This document shows, piece after piece, positions 1-10,874 of a stretch of 64,000 nucleotides of DNA. This stretch comes from an uncultured Planctomycetota bacterium (GTDB lineage: Bacteria > Planctomycetota > Planctomycetia > Isosphaerales > Isosphaeraceae): assembly GCA_963845755.1 (NCBI GenBank), contig CAWJTV010000001.1, positions 32,001-96,000 on the forward strand, written 5' to 3'. Position 1 is the stretch's first letter. Each line of letters starts with the position of its first letter. The position numbers and the translations under genes were made by a program. Below the pieces are notes generated by a model. The model had not been told where the DNA came from, made no database searches, and worked only from the letters and a program-made list of their open reading frames with translations.

Positions 1-163
1 AATCGACGATCGGCCGAACGGCGCGGCGGCGGCGATTGCGCATGATGGACCTTCTCCCAGTGAAGCGCAATCCCTTGCGTCGCCAAGTCCTCCCTGGAAA
101 GTCTAGCTTATACGAACATCTCGACTTCGGTCGAGTGCTGCGATCATTCGGATCAGAGACTGA

Positions 164-377
164 GAGGTTGTAAAAGACCCAATTCAAAATCACATATCAA
201 TGATTTCGATTGGATGTTAAGCCTGATGGATCAGAGACTTAAGACTCTCGAATCCGGAATCTCGAATCCGGAATCTCGAATCCGGAATCTCGAATCTCGA
301 ATCCGGAATCTCGAATCTCGAATCCGGAATCTCGAATCTCGAATCTCGAATCTCGAATCCGATTCTTTCACAACCTC
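164..377. mobile_element. MITE-like element with 14-bp terminal inverted repeats enclosing a heptamer array
   Basis: GAGGTTGTAAAAGA (164-177) and TCTTTCACAACCTC (364-377) are inverted, 13/14 identical; AT-rich interior; no exact target duplication seen. Confidence 0.45.
246..361. repeat. 7-bp tandem microsatellite (GAATCTC/GAATCCG units)
   Basis: About 16 consecutive heptamers read directly. Confidence 0.95.
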
Positions 378-598
378 AGAGCAATGGTTGGCTTGTCGGA
401 GACCGTCTCGCCAGCGTCTCCAAACCTATAAACGAGAATAGGACCGCCAAAGCGCACGGCCGGCCGCCGATTTTCGAATCTTCTCGTAAACTTTCGTAAA
501 AGCACGCCATCCTGGAATCAGAGCGACGCCGGTCCTGGATCAGGACGCCGGATGACGGTCCGCGCGGGACGTGTCCGGCTCGGTTCATCACGGGCCGC

Positions 599-2050
599 TC
601 ACGACGCCAGGGCCGCTCGCCGGTGATGATGTGCGTGCAATTTGTCCTGATCGGTCTTGGTGTTCTGGGTGACAACCCGCTTGGGGTGGGCCTTCGACCG
701 ATGGGCCTTGGTCCGACGGCGTTCGTGGACGTGCCGCTTGTGATGAGGGTGCTTCGTCGAACTCGCAGGAGTCGGCGAAGGTGTTGGCGCGGGCGCGGGC
801 GTCGGTGTGGGTAACGGCTCGGTGAGCGTGCTCGCCGCCAGGTCGTCGACGAGCGAAGAGCCGCCGGGTGAGCCGATGCCAGTCTGCGTATTGGCGGTGG
901 CGCCGGTGGTCGTGGCCGTGCCGCCAGCCGCGCCATCGCCCCAACTCCCGAATCCGCCCCAGGGGAAGCCGCCTCCATTTCCCAGCAACGGGCTGTTGGG
1001 TTGGGTCGCCGTGACGGACCGGAAGTCGCTCGCGGCCGCCTGGTAGAGCGAAGGCAAGGTCTGCGTGGCGCCGCCGAGGCTCGCGAGGCCGGTCAGGGCG
1101 CGGCCCTGGTCGACGATCGCAATGATCCCCGCCCAGGCGGGCGCGCCGAGGCTCGTCCCGCCCACGACTTGCCAGGAGCCCTGGCTCGTTGCCTGTCCCC
1201 AGCGACCCCCTCCGCCCGAGGGCGGCGTCTCGTAGACGGCGACGCCGGTATTGGGGTCGGCATCGAAGGCGACGTCGGGCGTGCTCCGCTGGCCCGTGCT
1301 CTGGACCGATTGTTGATAGGCCGGTTCGGACTCATACAGACTGTAACCACCACCGCTTTCGTTCCAGCCGGCCTCGGACTGAACCACGCCCGAGCTGTCG
1401 AGGTTCAGCGTGGTCCCGCCGACGGCCAGCACATCGGGCGACGCCGCGGGGTAATCCACGCTGGCGCCGTCGCCGCTCGCGGCGATGTACGTGATGCCCG
1501 GCACCGTGAAGCTGGAGTCGTAGGAGGTTTCCTCGGGGAATTCGTCGAAACCCCAGCTCATCGAGACCGCCACGACCCCGGGTGTGGCGCCGGCTATGGC
1601 CACGGCGTTCATCAGGTTCTGGAGGTCCTGGGTGTTCGTGTATCCCGGCGCGGCCTCGACCACCAGGATGCCGGCCCCGAGCGCGATCGCGTGTGCCCAC
1701 TCCACGTCCATCGATTCTTCGACGGCCCAGCCGCGATCGGTCTGGCTGCCCGCCAGGTTGTCGACGGTGAGCGTCGGGTCGGGCAGGCCGAATTGCTGAT
1801 CAAACGTATGGAGGTCGGAGGTGAGGTTGGGGTCGTGGTACGTCTCGATCAACGCGATGGTCTCGCCCGATCCGTCTCCCTTCACGGAACCGCTCGACGT
1901 CGGGAACGTGAGCGCGTTGAGCCCGTAGGCCGCCGTGATCTGGGCCGGCGAATATCCGGCCGGCTGGCTCGGATGGTAACCCGAAAGCAAGCAACGCTCA
2001 TCGAGCTCATCGAAGGACAGCCGGAGATGGCGACGTCGGCGCCGAGACAT
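599..2050 (-). CDS. S53 family (sedolisin/kumamolisin-like) serine peptidase, secreted
   Basis: EESMDVEW (catalytic Glu/Asp), SMSWG, ASGD, PDVA, GGTSLGAP (Ser nucleophile); N-terminal RRRRHLRLSFDELDERCLLS motif; Pro/His/Lys-rich tail. Confidence 0.9.
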   Translation of the reverse strand: MSRRRRRHLRLSFDELDERCLLSGYHPSQPAGYSPAQITAAYGLNALTFPTSSGSVKGDGSGETIALIETYHDPNLTSDLHTFDQQFGLPDPTLTVDNLAGSQTDRGWAVEESMDVEWAHAIALGAGILVVEAAPGYTNTQDLQNLMNAVAIAGATPGVVAVSMSWGFDEFPEETSYDSSFTVPGITYIAASGDGASVDYPAASPDVLAVGGTTLNLDSSGVVQSEAGWNESGGGYSLYESEPAYQQSVQSTGQRSTPDVAFDADPNTGVAVYETPPSGGGGRWGQATSQGSWQVVGGTSLGAPAWAGIIAIVDQGRALTGLASLGGATQTLPSLYQAAASDFRSVTATQPNSPLLGNGGGFPWGGFGSWGDGAAGGTATTTGATANTQTGIGSPGGSSLVDDLAASTLTEPLPTPTPAPAPTPSPTPASSTKHPHHKRHVHERRRTKAHRSKAHPKRVVTQNTKTDQDKLHAHHHRRAALAS

Positions 2051-2216
2051 GGTGGAGCCCCTCGCATCGTGCGCAATCCATCGCGGTCCTCCATCCGTGA
2101 ATCCAACGGCGGCTCACTCTGTCAATGGTCCGCAACGGCTCGCCAACTATTCTAGAACAAACGCGTTTGAGATGACCAGGCCCGGATTCGCCTCGTTCGA
2201 CGTCCCCCCGATGACT

Positions 2217-3463
2217 TCACGCGGGAGTCGCTCCCGGCTGGGAGGTCGTCGTCATCGGGACTGTCACCTGGCTCGCAACCAGATCGGAGATCAGCGCCGG
2301 CCCATTGGGCGACCCGAGGCCCATCGACGCGTTCGTACTCGTGGCGGGTCCGGATCTGGCGTTTCGGGTCTTCGCGGTGTGGTGCCGGAGGAATGGCCCA
2401 CCCCAGGACAGGAAGCCGAAGGGATTGAAACCGCCTCCCGGGGACGATGCCGAGACGCGTGGCGCTGCACCCACGGAATGGAAGTCGCTCGCCGGGAGTC
2501 TGTAGAGCGCCGGCAAGGTTTGGGTGGGACCGTCCAGGCTGCCCTCTCCGGCCAGCGCTCGGCCCTGGTCGACGATGGCCATGATGGCCGCCCAGGCCGG
2601 GGTACCGAGGCTGGTGCCGCCCACTTTCTGCCACGTCCCCGCGCCGCCGCCGAGCGGGGTCTCGTAGACCGCGACGCCGGTCTTCGGATTGCCGTCGAAA
2701 ACGACGTCGGGCGTCCTCCGCTTGCCCGACGATTGGACCGGGACCTGATAACGCGGCTCGGCCTCGAACCGGCTATCACCTCGCCCGCTCCCGTTCCAGG
2801 CGGTCTCCGAGACGTAGTCTCCCTGGCCATCGAGCTTCAGCGTCGTGCCGCCGACGGCCAGCACATCGGCCGACGACGACGGATACTCGGCGCCGACTTT
2901 CGCGCCGTTGTCCCCGCTGGAGGCGATGAAGGTGATTCCCTCGTGTCCGGCGGGCGTCGTGAGATGGACGTCGAACGAGGACTCGAAGGAAATCTCGTTG
3001 AACCCCCAGCTCATCGAGATCGCCACGACTCCCGGCGTGTTCCTCGCCGTATCCACGGCGCTCAGGAGATCCGTCAGGCCCGGAGACCGGGCCTCCACGA
3101 CCAGGATGCCGGCCCCGGCGCGATCGCATGCGCCCACTCCACGTCCAGCGTCTCCTCCGAAGCCCACGTGGCGTTGGTCCGGGCACCCGCCTGGTCCTCG
3201 ATGGCGAGCTGAGGATCGGGAAGACCGTTCGCCTGGTCGAAGACATGCAAGTCCGAGGCGAGACTCGGGTCGTGGTCGGCCTCGATCAGGGCGATGGTCT
3301 CGCCCGAGCCATCACCGGGGACGATCGCACCCGCCGAAGTGCGGAACGCGATCGCGTCCAGACCGTAGGCATGCGTCAGTTGGGCCGGAGTGTATCCCGA
3401 GAGCAGACAGCGGTCATCGAGCGGCTCCAGGTGCGGCCGGAGGCTCCGGCGGGACTTTGGCAT
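2217..3463 (-). CDS. S53 family serine peptidase paralogue (one apparent frameshift near 3115)
   Basis: ORFs 3074..3490 and 2217..3167 join: LEPLDDRCLLS...EETLDVEWAHAIAP / GAGILVVEA...SSGD...GGTSLGTP; colinear with 599..2050. Confidence 0.88.
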
Positions 3464-3745
3464 GACGGACCATCTCCGATCGTTGCGCATTCCGTTGCAT
3501 GGTGAATTCCGAGGGCGCGATGCGATCGAGAGCGTCCCGAGCGAGGAGGGAGCCCGGGCAATTTTGAGGGAGGTTCCCGCGCCTGGGCTCGATGACCCGT
3601 CTTGGCCCTGGGCGCGGCACCACCTCCTATGAGGTAGAGTGAGTCAGAGGTAATCTACCTTTCGAAATGCCGGAGTGCGCGGCCTTACTGGGGTCGAAGC
3701 CGGCTTCAGCCGGCGGAGCCTCCAGGAGTGCCGAGGATCATGAGG

Positions 3746-4808
3746 ATGATGCCAATCGACAAGACGGCCAGTGGAGATCGGGTCCTGGTCACCGGGGCGA
3801 CGGGCCTGCTGGGCAGCCATCTGGCCGAGCGCCTGACGGCGCGGGGGAACCCGGTTCGAGCCCTGGTCCGTCCGGGGAGCCCGACGGCGTTTCTCGAGAC
3901 GCTCGCCGTCGAGATCGTTCGGGGCGATCTGACCGACCCCGCCGCGTGTGCCGCGGCCACGGCCGGAGTGGCTCACGTCTATCACTGTGCGGCGAAGGTC
4001 GGCGATTGGGGACCCTGGCGCGCGTTCGAGACGGGCTGCATGGAGGCTACCCGCACGCTCGCCGAGGCCGCCGGCCGCGCCGGCGTCGATCGATTCCTCC
4101 ACATCAGCTCGACCAGCGCCTACGGCCACCCCAGGGATCGCGCAGCGCCCGGTCGATGAGACCGAGCCGCTGGGCCAGAATATCTGGTTCCTGGACTATT
4201 ACACCCGGAGCAAGGTCGATTGCGAGCAGATCCTCTGGGAGCTGGCCCGCGCGGGGAGGCTTCCCCTGACCGTGATCCGGCCAAGCTGGCTCTTCGGCGA
4301 GCGCGATCGAACGACCGTGCCCCGGTTCCTGCGGGAATTCGGCCGCGGGCGCGTGCGGATCGTCGGCAAGGGGGATAATCCACTCAGCGCCGTGTATGCG
4401 GGCCTCGTGGCCGATGCCGCCATCCTGGCCGCCAACGACCCGGGCTCGCGGGGCGAGGCTTACAATATCACCAGCCAGGGCCGGATCACCCAGCAAGCGT
4501 TCCTCGACCTCTTCGCCGACGCGCTCGAGGTCCCGCGCGTGACGCGACACGTCCCCTACCGGCTGGCTTATGCCGGGGGATTCCTGCTGGAGATGCAAGG
4601 CCGGCTCCTGGCCCAGGTCCAGCCGCCGCGCATCACCCGCTACGGCGCCTGGCTGCTGGGACGCCACCTCGAATACAGCACCGAGAAGGCGCGCGCCCGC
4701 CTGGGCTGGCAGCCGGCCCTGGGTTATCGCGAGAGCATCGAGCGCACCATTCGATGGTTCCGAGACCACGAGCCGGACATGATGACGCAGGTCGACCGGG
4801 CCGGGTAG
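3746..4808 (+). CDS. NAD-dependent epimerase/dehydratase (extended SDR, 3-beta-HSD-like); apparent frameshift near 4150
   Basis: VLVTGATGLLG Rossmann motif, HCAAKV, HISSTSAYG, then YTRSK (YxxxK) in the second frame. Confidence 0.88.
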
Positions 4809-4882
4809 AGTTCGGCCTGCGAGACCCCGAGGAGAGGTCGCATCGCCAGCCGCGCCGCACCGTCCGGACAAGCCATCGCCGA

Positions 4883-7126
4883 TCAGAACGGAATGGTTTG
4901 CCCGCCGACCGCGTCCTGGGTCGGGAAGTTGGTGCTGGGCTTCTTGGTCTTCTCGGGATGGGGATTGATGCCCGCCGAGGCCTCCGGCCCTTCCACGGCC
5001 AGCGAGCAGCGGAATCCGAGGTAAGGGAGCCGCCGGTCGACGTCGAACCCCTGGCGCGCGGAGACGATCCAGTTCTTCGAGCCGCCTTTGACCACGCGCT
5101 GGATCGAGCTGCCTCGAGGGTTCGGCGGCCCGGTCGGGTTCTCGACGATCTTGTCCCTCTGCTTCTCGAAATACTTGGGGTCGTACCAATCCCGGACCCA
5201 CTCCGTGGCGTTGCCCGCCATGTCGAACACGCCGTAGGGCGAAACGTCCTCTTGGAAGCTCATGACCGGATCGACCTGTCGGAACTCCCGGTGCCGCGAC
5301 CATTGGATCGACTGATCGCCCCAGGGATAGCGGCGGCCATCGCCCGACCGTGCGGCCATCTCCCACTGGGCCTCGGTCGCCAGCCGCTTCCCGGCCCAGA
5401 GGGCGAAGTTCTCGGCATCGTGGTAATCGACATAGTTCGCGGGCAAGGACTCGGGTGCCTCCAGGCGCTTCTTGTCGGTCAGCCACTTGCCGGGCGGCAG
5501 ACCCGTCCAGTGCGTCTCGTCCAGGAAGGTCCGGAACTGACGGTTCGTCACCTCGTACTGGTCGATGTAGAACGTGGACACACGGACGGTATGGGGAGGA
5601 CGTTCGTTCAATTCGCCCCGGTCGTTCCCCATGATGAACGTCCCGCCGGGTACCAGAACCATGGTACTGCCGTCACGCCTGCCGACGATGGCCAGCGGCC
5701 AGCCCGATTCGTGGTACCCGGCATCGCCCTTGGGCTCGAAGCCGGGCGGGAGCTTGCGCGAGGGCAGGCTCCGGGAAACGATGTCGGTCTTGTTCGCATC
5801 GGATCGCGTGTCCGGCGCCGGCATCTCCGCACCTCGCGGGGGATTGTCCGGAACCACGATCACGGCCTGCCCGGGACCCGGCAACGCTTGCGGCTGGGTC
5901 GGTTGGGAGGGCGTCGGTTGTGGCGGAGGCGGCTGCGGTTGCGTGGGCTGAGGCGCCGCGGGTTGCGGCTGGGTCGGTTGGGAGGGCGTCGGTTGCGGCT
6001 GCATGGGCTGAGGCGAAGCCGGTGGCGGCTGCGTCGGCTGAGGCGCCGCGGGTTGCGGCTGCGGCTGGGTCGGTTGGGAGGGCGTCGGTTGTGGCGGAGG
6101 CGGCTGCGGTTGCGTGGGCTGAGGCGCCGCGGGTTGCGGCTGGGTCGGTTGGGAGGGCGTCGGTTGCGGCTGCATGGGCTGTGGCGAAGCCGGTGGCGGC
6201 TGTGTCGGTTGAGGCGCCGCGGGTTGTGGCTGCATGGGCTGTGGCGAAGCCGGTGGCGGTTGAGGGGATTGTCCCGGGGGTTGAACCTTGGTCAATGCCT
6301 CCGGGCCCAGCATGGCGAGCGGGCCCGTCGCGACACGAGGCATACCGGTCGGAGGCAGATCCGATCGCGGAGGATTCCCCGGCGCGGTGCCTGATACCGA
6401 GGGGGCTACCGAGTGCTTCTCGGCCAGGACGACCGGGCCCTCGGGGAACAGCGGGATATTGCGAGCGGGACGCTCCAGGACAATCCGGGCTTCCGCGGCC
6501 GCCTGGGTCATCTTGTAACGGGAGACGAGGCTATTCAACAGGCCGATGGCCTGATCGGTCCGGCCCGCCTTGGCGAAGTCACGAGCCCGGTTGAACAGGT
6601 AGCGGGCTTCGCTCTCGACCGGCGGACGGTCCTGCGGAAGCGGCGGGGTCGTCGAGGGCGACTCGGACGCAAGGTCGACCTCGCTGGGATTGTAGAGGAA
6701 AACGCGGTAGGTGATCCAGAATACGAGGAACATGCAGAACGCGGTCAGGACCCCGACGATCAGGCGTGCCCGATGCCGCGCCTCGACCGTGTCGAAGGTC
6801 GGCGTCTCCTCCAGCAGGACCCGCTTCTCTTTCGGCTCGCCATCTCCGTCCGACTTGGGCTTGGACTTCGATTTGGTCTTGGGCTTCGTTTTTTCCGGCT
6901 TGGGCCAACTGAACGTGGCCTTCTTCTTGACGGGTTTCTTCGGCGCCGTCCCGTCCTCCTCGCCCTTCTTGGCGGCCTTCTTGCGCACCTGGCCGTCCTC
7001 GGTCTCCTCCAGCTCCTCCTCCTCGGAGGGGTCCGGTTCGGTCTTCCACAGACGAGGGAGCGGTTGACCCGGGATGTAGGGGGTCGGCTTCGGTTGCTGA
7101 GGTTCCAGGTCCTGGGTCTCGGACAT
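4883..7126 (-). CDS. Membrane-anchored FGE-sulfatase (SUMF1/formylglycine-generating enzyme-like) domain protein with Pro/Gln linker
   Basis: MVLVPGGTFIMG, FYIDQYEVTN, RLATEAQWEMAAR, YPWG, DMAGNATEWVRDWY, LGFRC; one TM helix; TPR-like helix pair; RBS GGGAG before ATG 7126. Confidence 0.88.
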   Translation of the reverse strand: MSETQDLEPQQPKPTPYIPGQPLPRLWKTEPDPSEEEELEETEDGQVRKKAAKKGEEDGTAPKKPVKKKATFSWPKPEKTKPKTKSKSKPKSDGDGEPKEKRVLLEETPTFDTVEARHRARLIVGVLTAFCMFLVFWITYRVFLYNPSEVDLASESPSTTPPLPQDRPPVESEARYLFNRARDFAKAGRTDQAIGLLNSLVSRYKMTQAAAEARIVLERPARNIPLFPEGPVVLAEKHSVAPSVSGTAPGNPPRSDLPPTGMPRVATGPLAMLGPEALTKVQPPGQSPQPPPASPQPMQPQPAAPQPTQPPPASPQPMQPQPTPSQPTQPQPAAPQPTQPQPPPPQPTPSQPTQPQPQPAAPQPTQPPPASPQPMQPQPTPSQPTQPQPAAPQPTQPQPPPPQPTPSQPTQPQALPGPGQAVIVVPDNPPRGAEMPAPDTRSDANKTDIVSRSLPSRKLPPGFEPKGDAGYHESGWPLAIVGRRDGSTMVLVPGGTFIMGNDRGELNERPPHTVRVSTFYIDQYEVTNRQFRTFLDETHWTGLPPGKWLTDKKRLEAPESLPANYVDYHDAENFALWAGKRLATEAQWEMAARSGDGRRYPWGDQSIQWSRHREFRQVDPVMSFQEDVSPYGVFDMAGNATEWVRDWYDPKYFEKQRDKIVENPTGPPNPRGSSIQRVVKGGSKNWIVSARQGFDVDRRLPYLGFRCSLAVEGPEASAGINPHPEKTKKPSTNFPTQDAVGGQTIPF
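5888..6270 (-). repeat. Intragenic Pro/Gln repeat with a 171-bp (57-aa) higher-order duplication
   Basis: GGCGAAGCCGGTGGCGG recurs at 6012, 6183 and 6243; QPTQPQP-type units. Confidence 0.9.
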
Positions 7127-7889
7127 GCGATCGCACTCCCGGTTCAGGGACCGAGCGGGCTGGAGAGACGATAGGGCGTCTGAGAGCGCAGGCGTCCCGC
7201 TCCTCATTTGATCGGTTGCCGGTCTCGTTCAGCCTAACCCGATCGCCCGACACTCGGCAAGTCGAACCCGGACCAAGGATTCGGCGCGATCGCATGAGGT
7301 TGTCGCACGTCGCATGACCGGTTTCTTCAACACGCCCCTGAGTTCACCGGCCAAGATCGGGTAAGTCCGGTCGCGAAGCACACACCCACTCGACGTGTCG
7401 GCGAAGAAATTCATCGACGGATCTCTCAATGGCAATTTAGGTTAGAGTGACTAACCGAATGCCATCTGGAATGGGAAATCCTGGGAATCGGGAATCCTTG
7501 TGCTCGGCGTTCTTCGTGCGAACGCCCTCGCCCGGCGGGGCTCGGAGGAGGCCCAGCGGCTTCATCGATTTCGCTCCGTTCCTCGGTGACTTTCTCAACA
7601 ACGTCTACTGCGAATGGCCGGGCGATACCCGGGCAGTCGACGATCCCGGCTGTTGCACGTTCTCCCGCGAAGAGCACGTCCAGGCCGACGGCAAGTTCGC
7701 CGATGTCGAGGTCGGCGCAGACGGCGGGCGCGATGTCGCGGCCGTCGAGCGGAAGGGACCGAGGCACCCGCTCCACCGGCCGGTCGCCGGACGGACCAGT
7801 GGGTGGACCGGCGGCGGGAGCCGAGTATCATCGCGGCGACTACAAGCCGACGACCGTCATCCCACGTCCCAGAGTCGGAGATCCTGCCC

Positions 7890-10557
7890 GTGCCCGAGTC
7901 CCCGACCGCCGAGCATCGCCGCTTGGGCGACAGCGAGGCCCGACGTGCCGACTGGAAACGCTGGGGTCCCTATCTGTCCGAACGGGCGTGGGGGACCGTC
8001 CGCGAGGACTACAGCCCCGACGGCACGGCCTGGGATTACTTCCCCCACGACCACGCCCGGAGCCGCGCCTATCGGTGGAACGAGGACGGGCTGGCCGGCT
8101 TCTGCAACCGATACCAGAACCTCTGCCTCGCCCTGGCCCTGTGGAACGGCCGCGACCCGTTCCTCAAGGAGCGGCTCTTCGGGCTGGCGAATGAGGAGGG
8201 GAACCACGGCGAGGACGTCAAGGAGTATTATTACTATCTCGATGGTGTTCCTAGTCATGCGTTTATGCGGATGCTGTACAAGTACCCGCAGGTCGAATAC
8301 CCGTACCAGCGGCTGGTCGACGAGACCCGAGGTCGCAGCCGGCAGGACCGGGAGTTCGAGCTGATCGACGCCATCGGCGAGGCGCTGGCCGCCGGCCGTT
8401 ATTTCGACGTGATGGTGGAGTACGCGAAAGCGGACCAGGACGACATTCTGTGCCGGATCACCGCGTACAATCGCGGCCCGGAGCCGGCCGAGCTGCACAT
8501 CCTGCCCCACGCCTGGTATCGCAACACCTGGTCCTGGGGCTATGGCACCGAGCGGCCCGCGCTCTCGGGTCAACGGCCGAAGCGTCGTCCGCACGGCACA
8601 TCGCCACATGGGCGAGCGTTGGTGGTATCTCGACGATCGACCACAGGTCCCAAGGTTCCTGTTCACCGAGAACGAGACCAATCAGAGCCGGCTCTTCGGC
8701 GTGCCGAACCCCTGTCCGTACGTCAAGGACGCATTCCATGAGGCCGTGATCCACCGGCGCGAGGATCGGGTCAATCCGGCCCGGCGAGGCTCGAAGGCGG
8801 CGGCCCACTATCACGCCGTGGTCGCACCCGGCTCCGCCATGACCGTCCGCACCCGCCTGACGAATACGCCCCAGTCCGACCCCTTCGGCCGGTTCGACCT
8901 GATCCTGAGGCGGCGCATGGACGAGGCCGACGAGTTTTATCGCGCCATCCAGTCCCCGGACCTCGACGACGATCGCCGGCGCGTCCAGCGCCAGGCGTAT
9001 GCCGGCCTGCTCTGGTCCAAGCAGTTCTATCATTACAGCGTCGAACTCTGGCTGGACGGCGATCCGGCCGGTCCGGTGCCATCGCAAGAGCGCCATCGCG
9101 GCCGCAATGCCGGCTGGCGCCATCTCTATAACCTCGACGTGCTCAGCGTGCCCGATAAGTGGGAGTATCCCTGGTTCGCCGCCTGGGACACGGCGTTCCA
9201 TTGCATCGTCCTGGCCAGGATCGATCCGGAGTGGGCCAAGCGGCAGTTGGTCCTGCTGCTGCGCGAGTGGTACATGCACCCCAACGGCCAGCTCCCGGCC
9301 TACGAGTGGGATTTCTCCGACGCCAACCCGCCGGTGCACGCCCATGCGGCACTGCGGGTCTATGAGATCGATCGCGACCAGTCCGGTCGAGCCGATACGG
9401 ACTTCCTCGAGGAGATCTTTCACAAGCTGCTGTTGAACTTCACCTGGTGGGTCAACCGCAAGGACCCGGCGGGCCGCAACGCCTTTCAGGGCGGCTTCCT
9501 GGGCCTGGATAACATCGGCGTGTTCGACCGCAGCCGGCCCAACCTCGCAGACGGCCGACGACTGGAGCAGGCCGACGGGACCGCGTGGATGGGTTTATTC
9601 TGCCTCGACATGCTGGCGATCGCGCTGGAACTCTCCCAGACCCGGCCGGCTTACGAGGCGATCGCGACCAAGTTCTTCGAGCACTTCCTGGCGATCTCTC
9701 ATGCGATCAACGGGATTGACGATGAGATCGGCCTGTGGGACACCGAGGATCGCTTCTACTATGACGTCGTTCGCGTCCAGGGCGGACCGCCGGAGCACTT
9801 GAAGGTCCGATCGTTCGTCGGGCTGATGCCGCTGTGCGCCACCCTGGTGATCGAGCCCGGGACGCTCGAGCGTCTGCCGCATTTCCGCCGGCGCATGGAC
9901 TGGTACCTCCGCTATCGCCCGACGCTGGCCGGCAACGTCTGCCTGATGACGCAACCGGGCGAGGGGGGCCGGCGGCTGCTGGCCCTGGCCGACCGGGCCA
10001 AGCTGGAGGCGGTCGTGCCTCGCCTGCTCGACCCGGCGCAGTTCCTCTCCCGATACGGCCTCCGGTCGCTCTCCCGCGCCCTGGCCGATGAGCCATTCGT
10101 CTTCCATGACAACCAGGTCGCCTACGAGCCGGCCGAGTCGTCCTCGCCCATCTACGGCGGGAACTCGAACTGGCGCGGGCCGATCTGGTTCCCGGTCAAC
10201 TACCTGATGGTGCAGGCGCTGCGAGAGTATCACCGCTACTATGGAGCGAGCCTGACCGTCGAGCTGCCGCGCGGCGAGCATCGGCATCGCGTGACGCTCG
10301 ACCAGGCCGCCGACGAGATCGCCGGGCGCCTCGTGAACATCTTCCTCCGCGATCCGGCCGGCCATCGACCGGTTTTCGGCGATGTCCGGCTGTTCCAGAC
10401 GGATCCCCACTGGCGCGACCACATCCTGTTCTACGAGTATTTCCACGGCGACAACGGCTCCGGCTTGGGCGCCAGCCACCAGACCGGGTGGACGGCGCTG
10501 GTCGCTGAGCTGATCGGCCCGGGCGCGTCGCGTCGGGCCGGTTCCCCGGGAGTGTGA
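7890..10557 (+). CDS. GH63/MGH1-like glucosidase; apparent frameshift near 8565
   Basis: [65 protein letters not shown]. Confidence 0.9.
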
Positions 10558-10629
10558 GATCAGCCGAGAAAACGGGTCAACAAGCGAGAGTATGAATCGC
10601 TTCCTGACCCCTTTACAAGACTGACCCCT

Positions 10630-10830
10630 TTACGAGACTCGGCGGCGACGCCGGTACCTCATCGCGATCAGACCTCCTCCGCTCGCGATGCCGAGCGGCA
10701 TCAGCGACGAGGGTTCGGGGACGGCACTTGCATCGACGACCAACCCGGCCACGATGAAACCGTTCGCCGTGCTTACGTCAACCCCACCGTCTCCTGCGAA
10801 AAAGGGTTCATCCGTAAGTGGCGTGCGCCA
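10630..10830 (-). pseudogene. Orphan 3' fragment encoding a PEP-CTERM sorting domain
   Basis: Manual translation ...GFIVAGLVVDASAVPEPSSLMPLGIASGGGLIAMRYRRRRRVS* (stop at 10630-10632); no usable upstream start; absent from the ORF track. Confidence 0.7.
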
Positions 10831-10874
10831 GCTTGCCCACTCACAGCGAACGGATACGTGCGAGCCGGCCAGGA

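Noticed and set aside
214..441. 75-aa coiled-coil-like ORF (LESRIRN repeats)
   Set aside because: Simply the translation of the heptamer microsatellite
4754..6394. Long Arg/Leu-rich ORF and other long antisense ORFs (e.g. 28081..29703, 37403..39196, 34749..36203)
   Set aside because: Shadow frames of well-supported genes in high-GC DNA
7426..7860. Possible small gene between the FGE-domain and glucosidase genes
   Set aside because: Overlapping open frames on both strands with no motif or clear RBS; strand cannot be chosen
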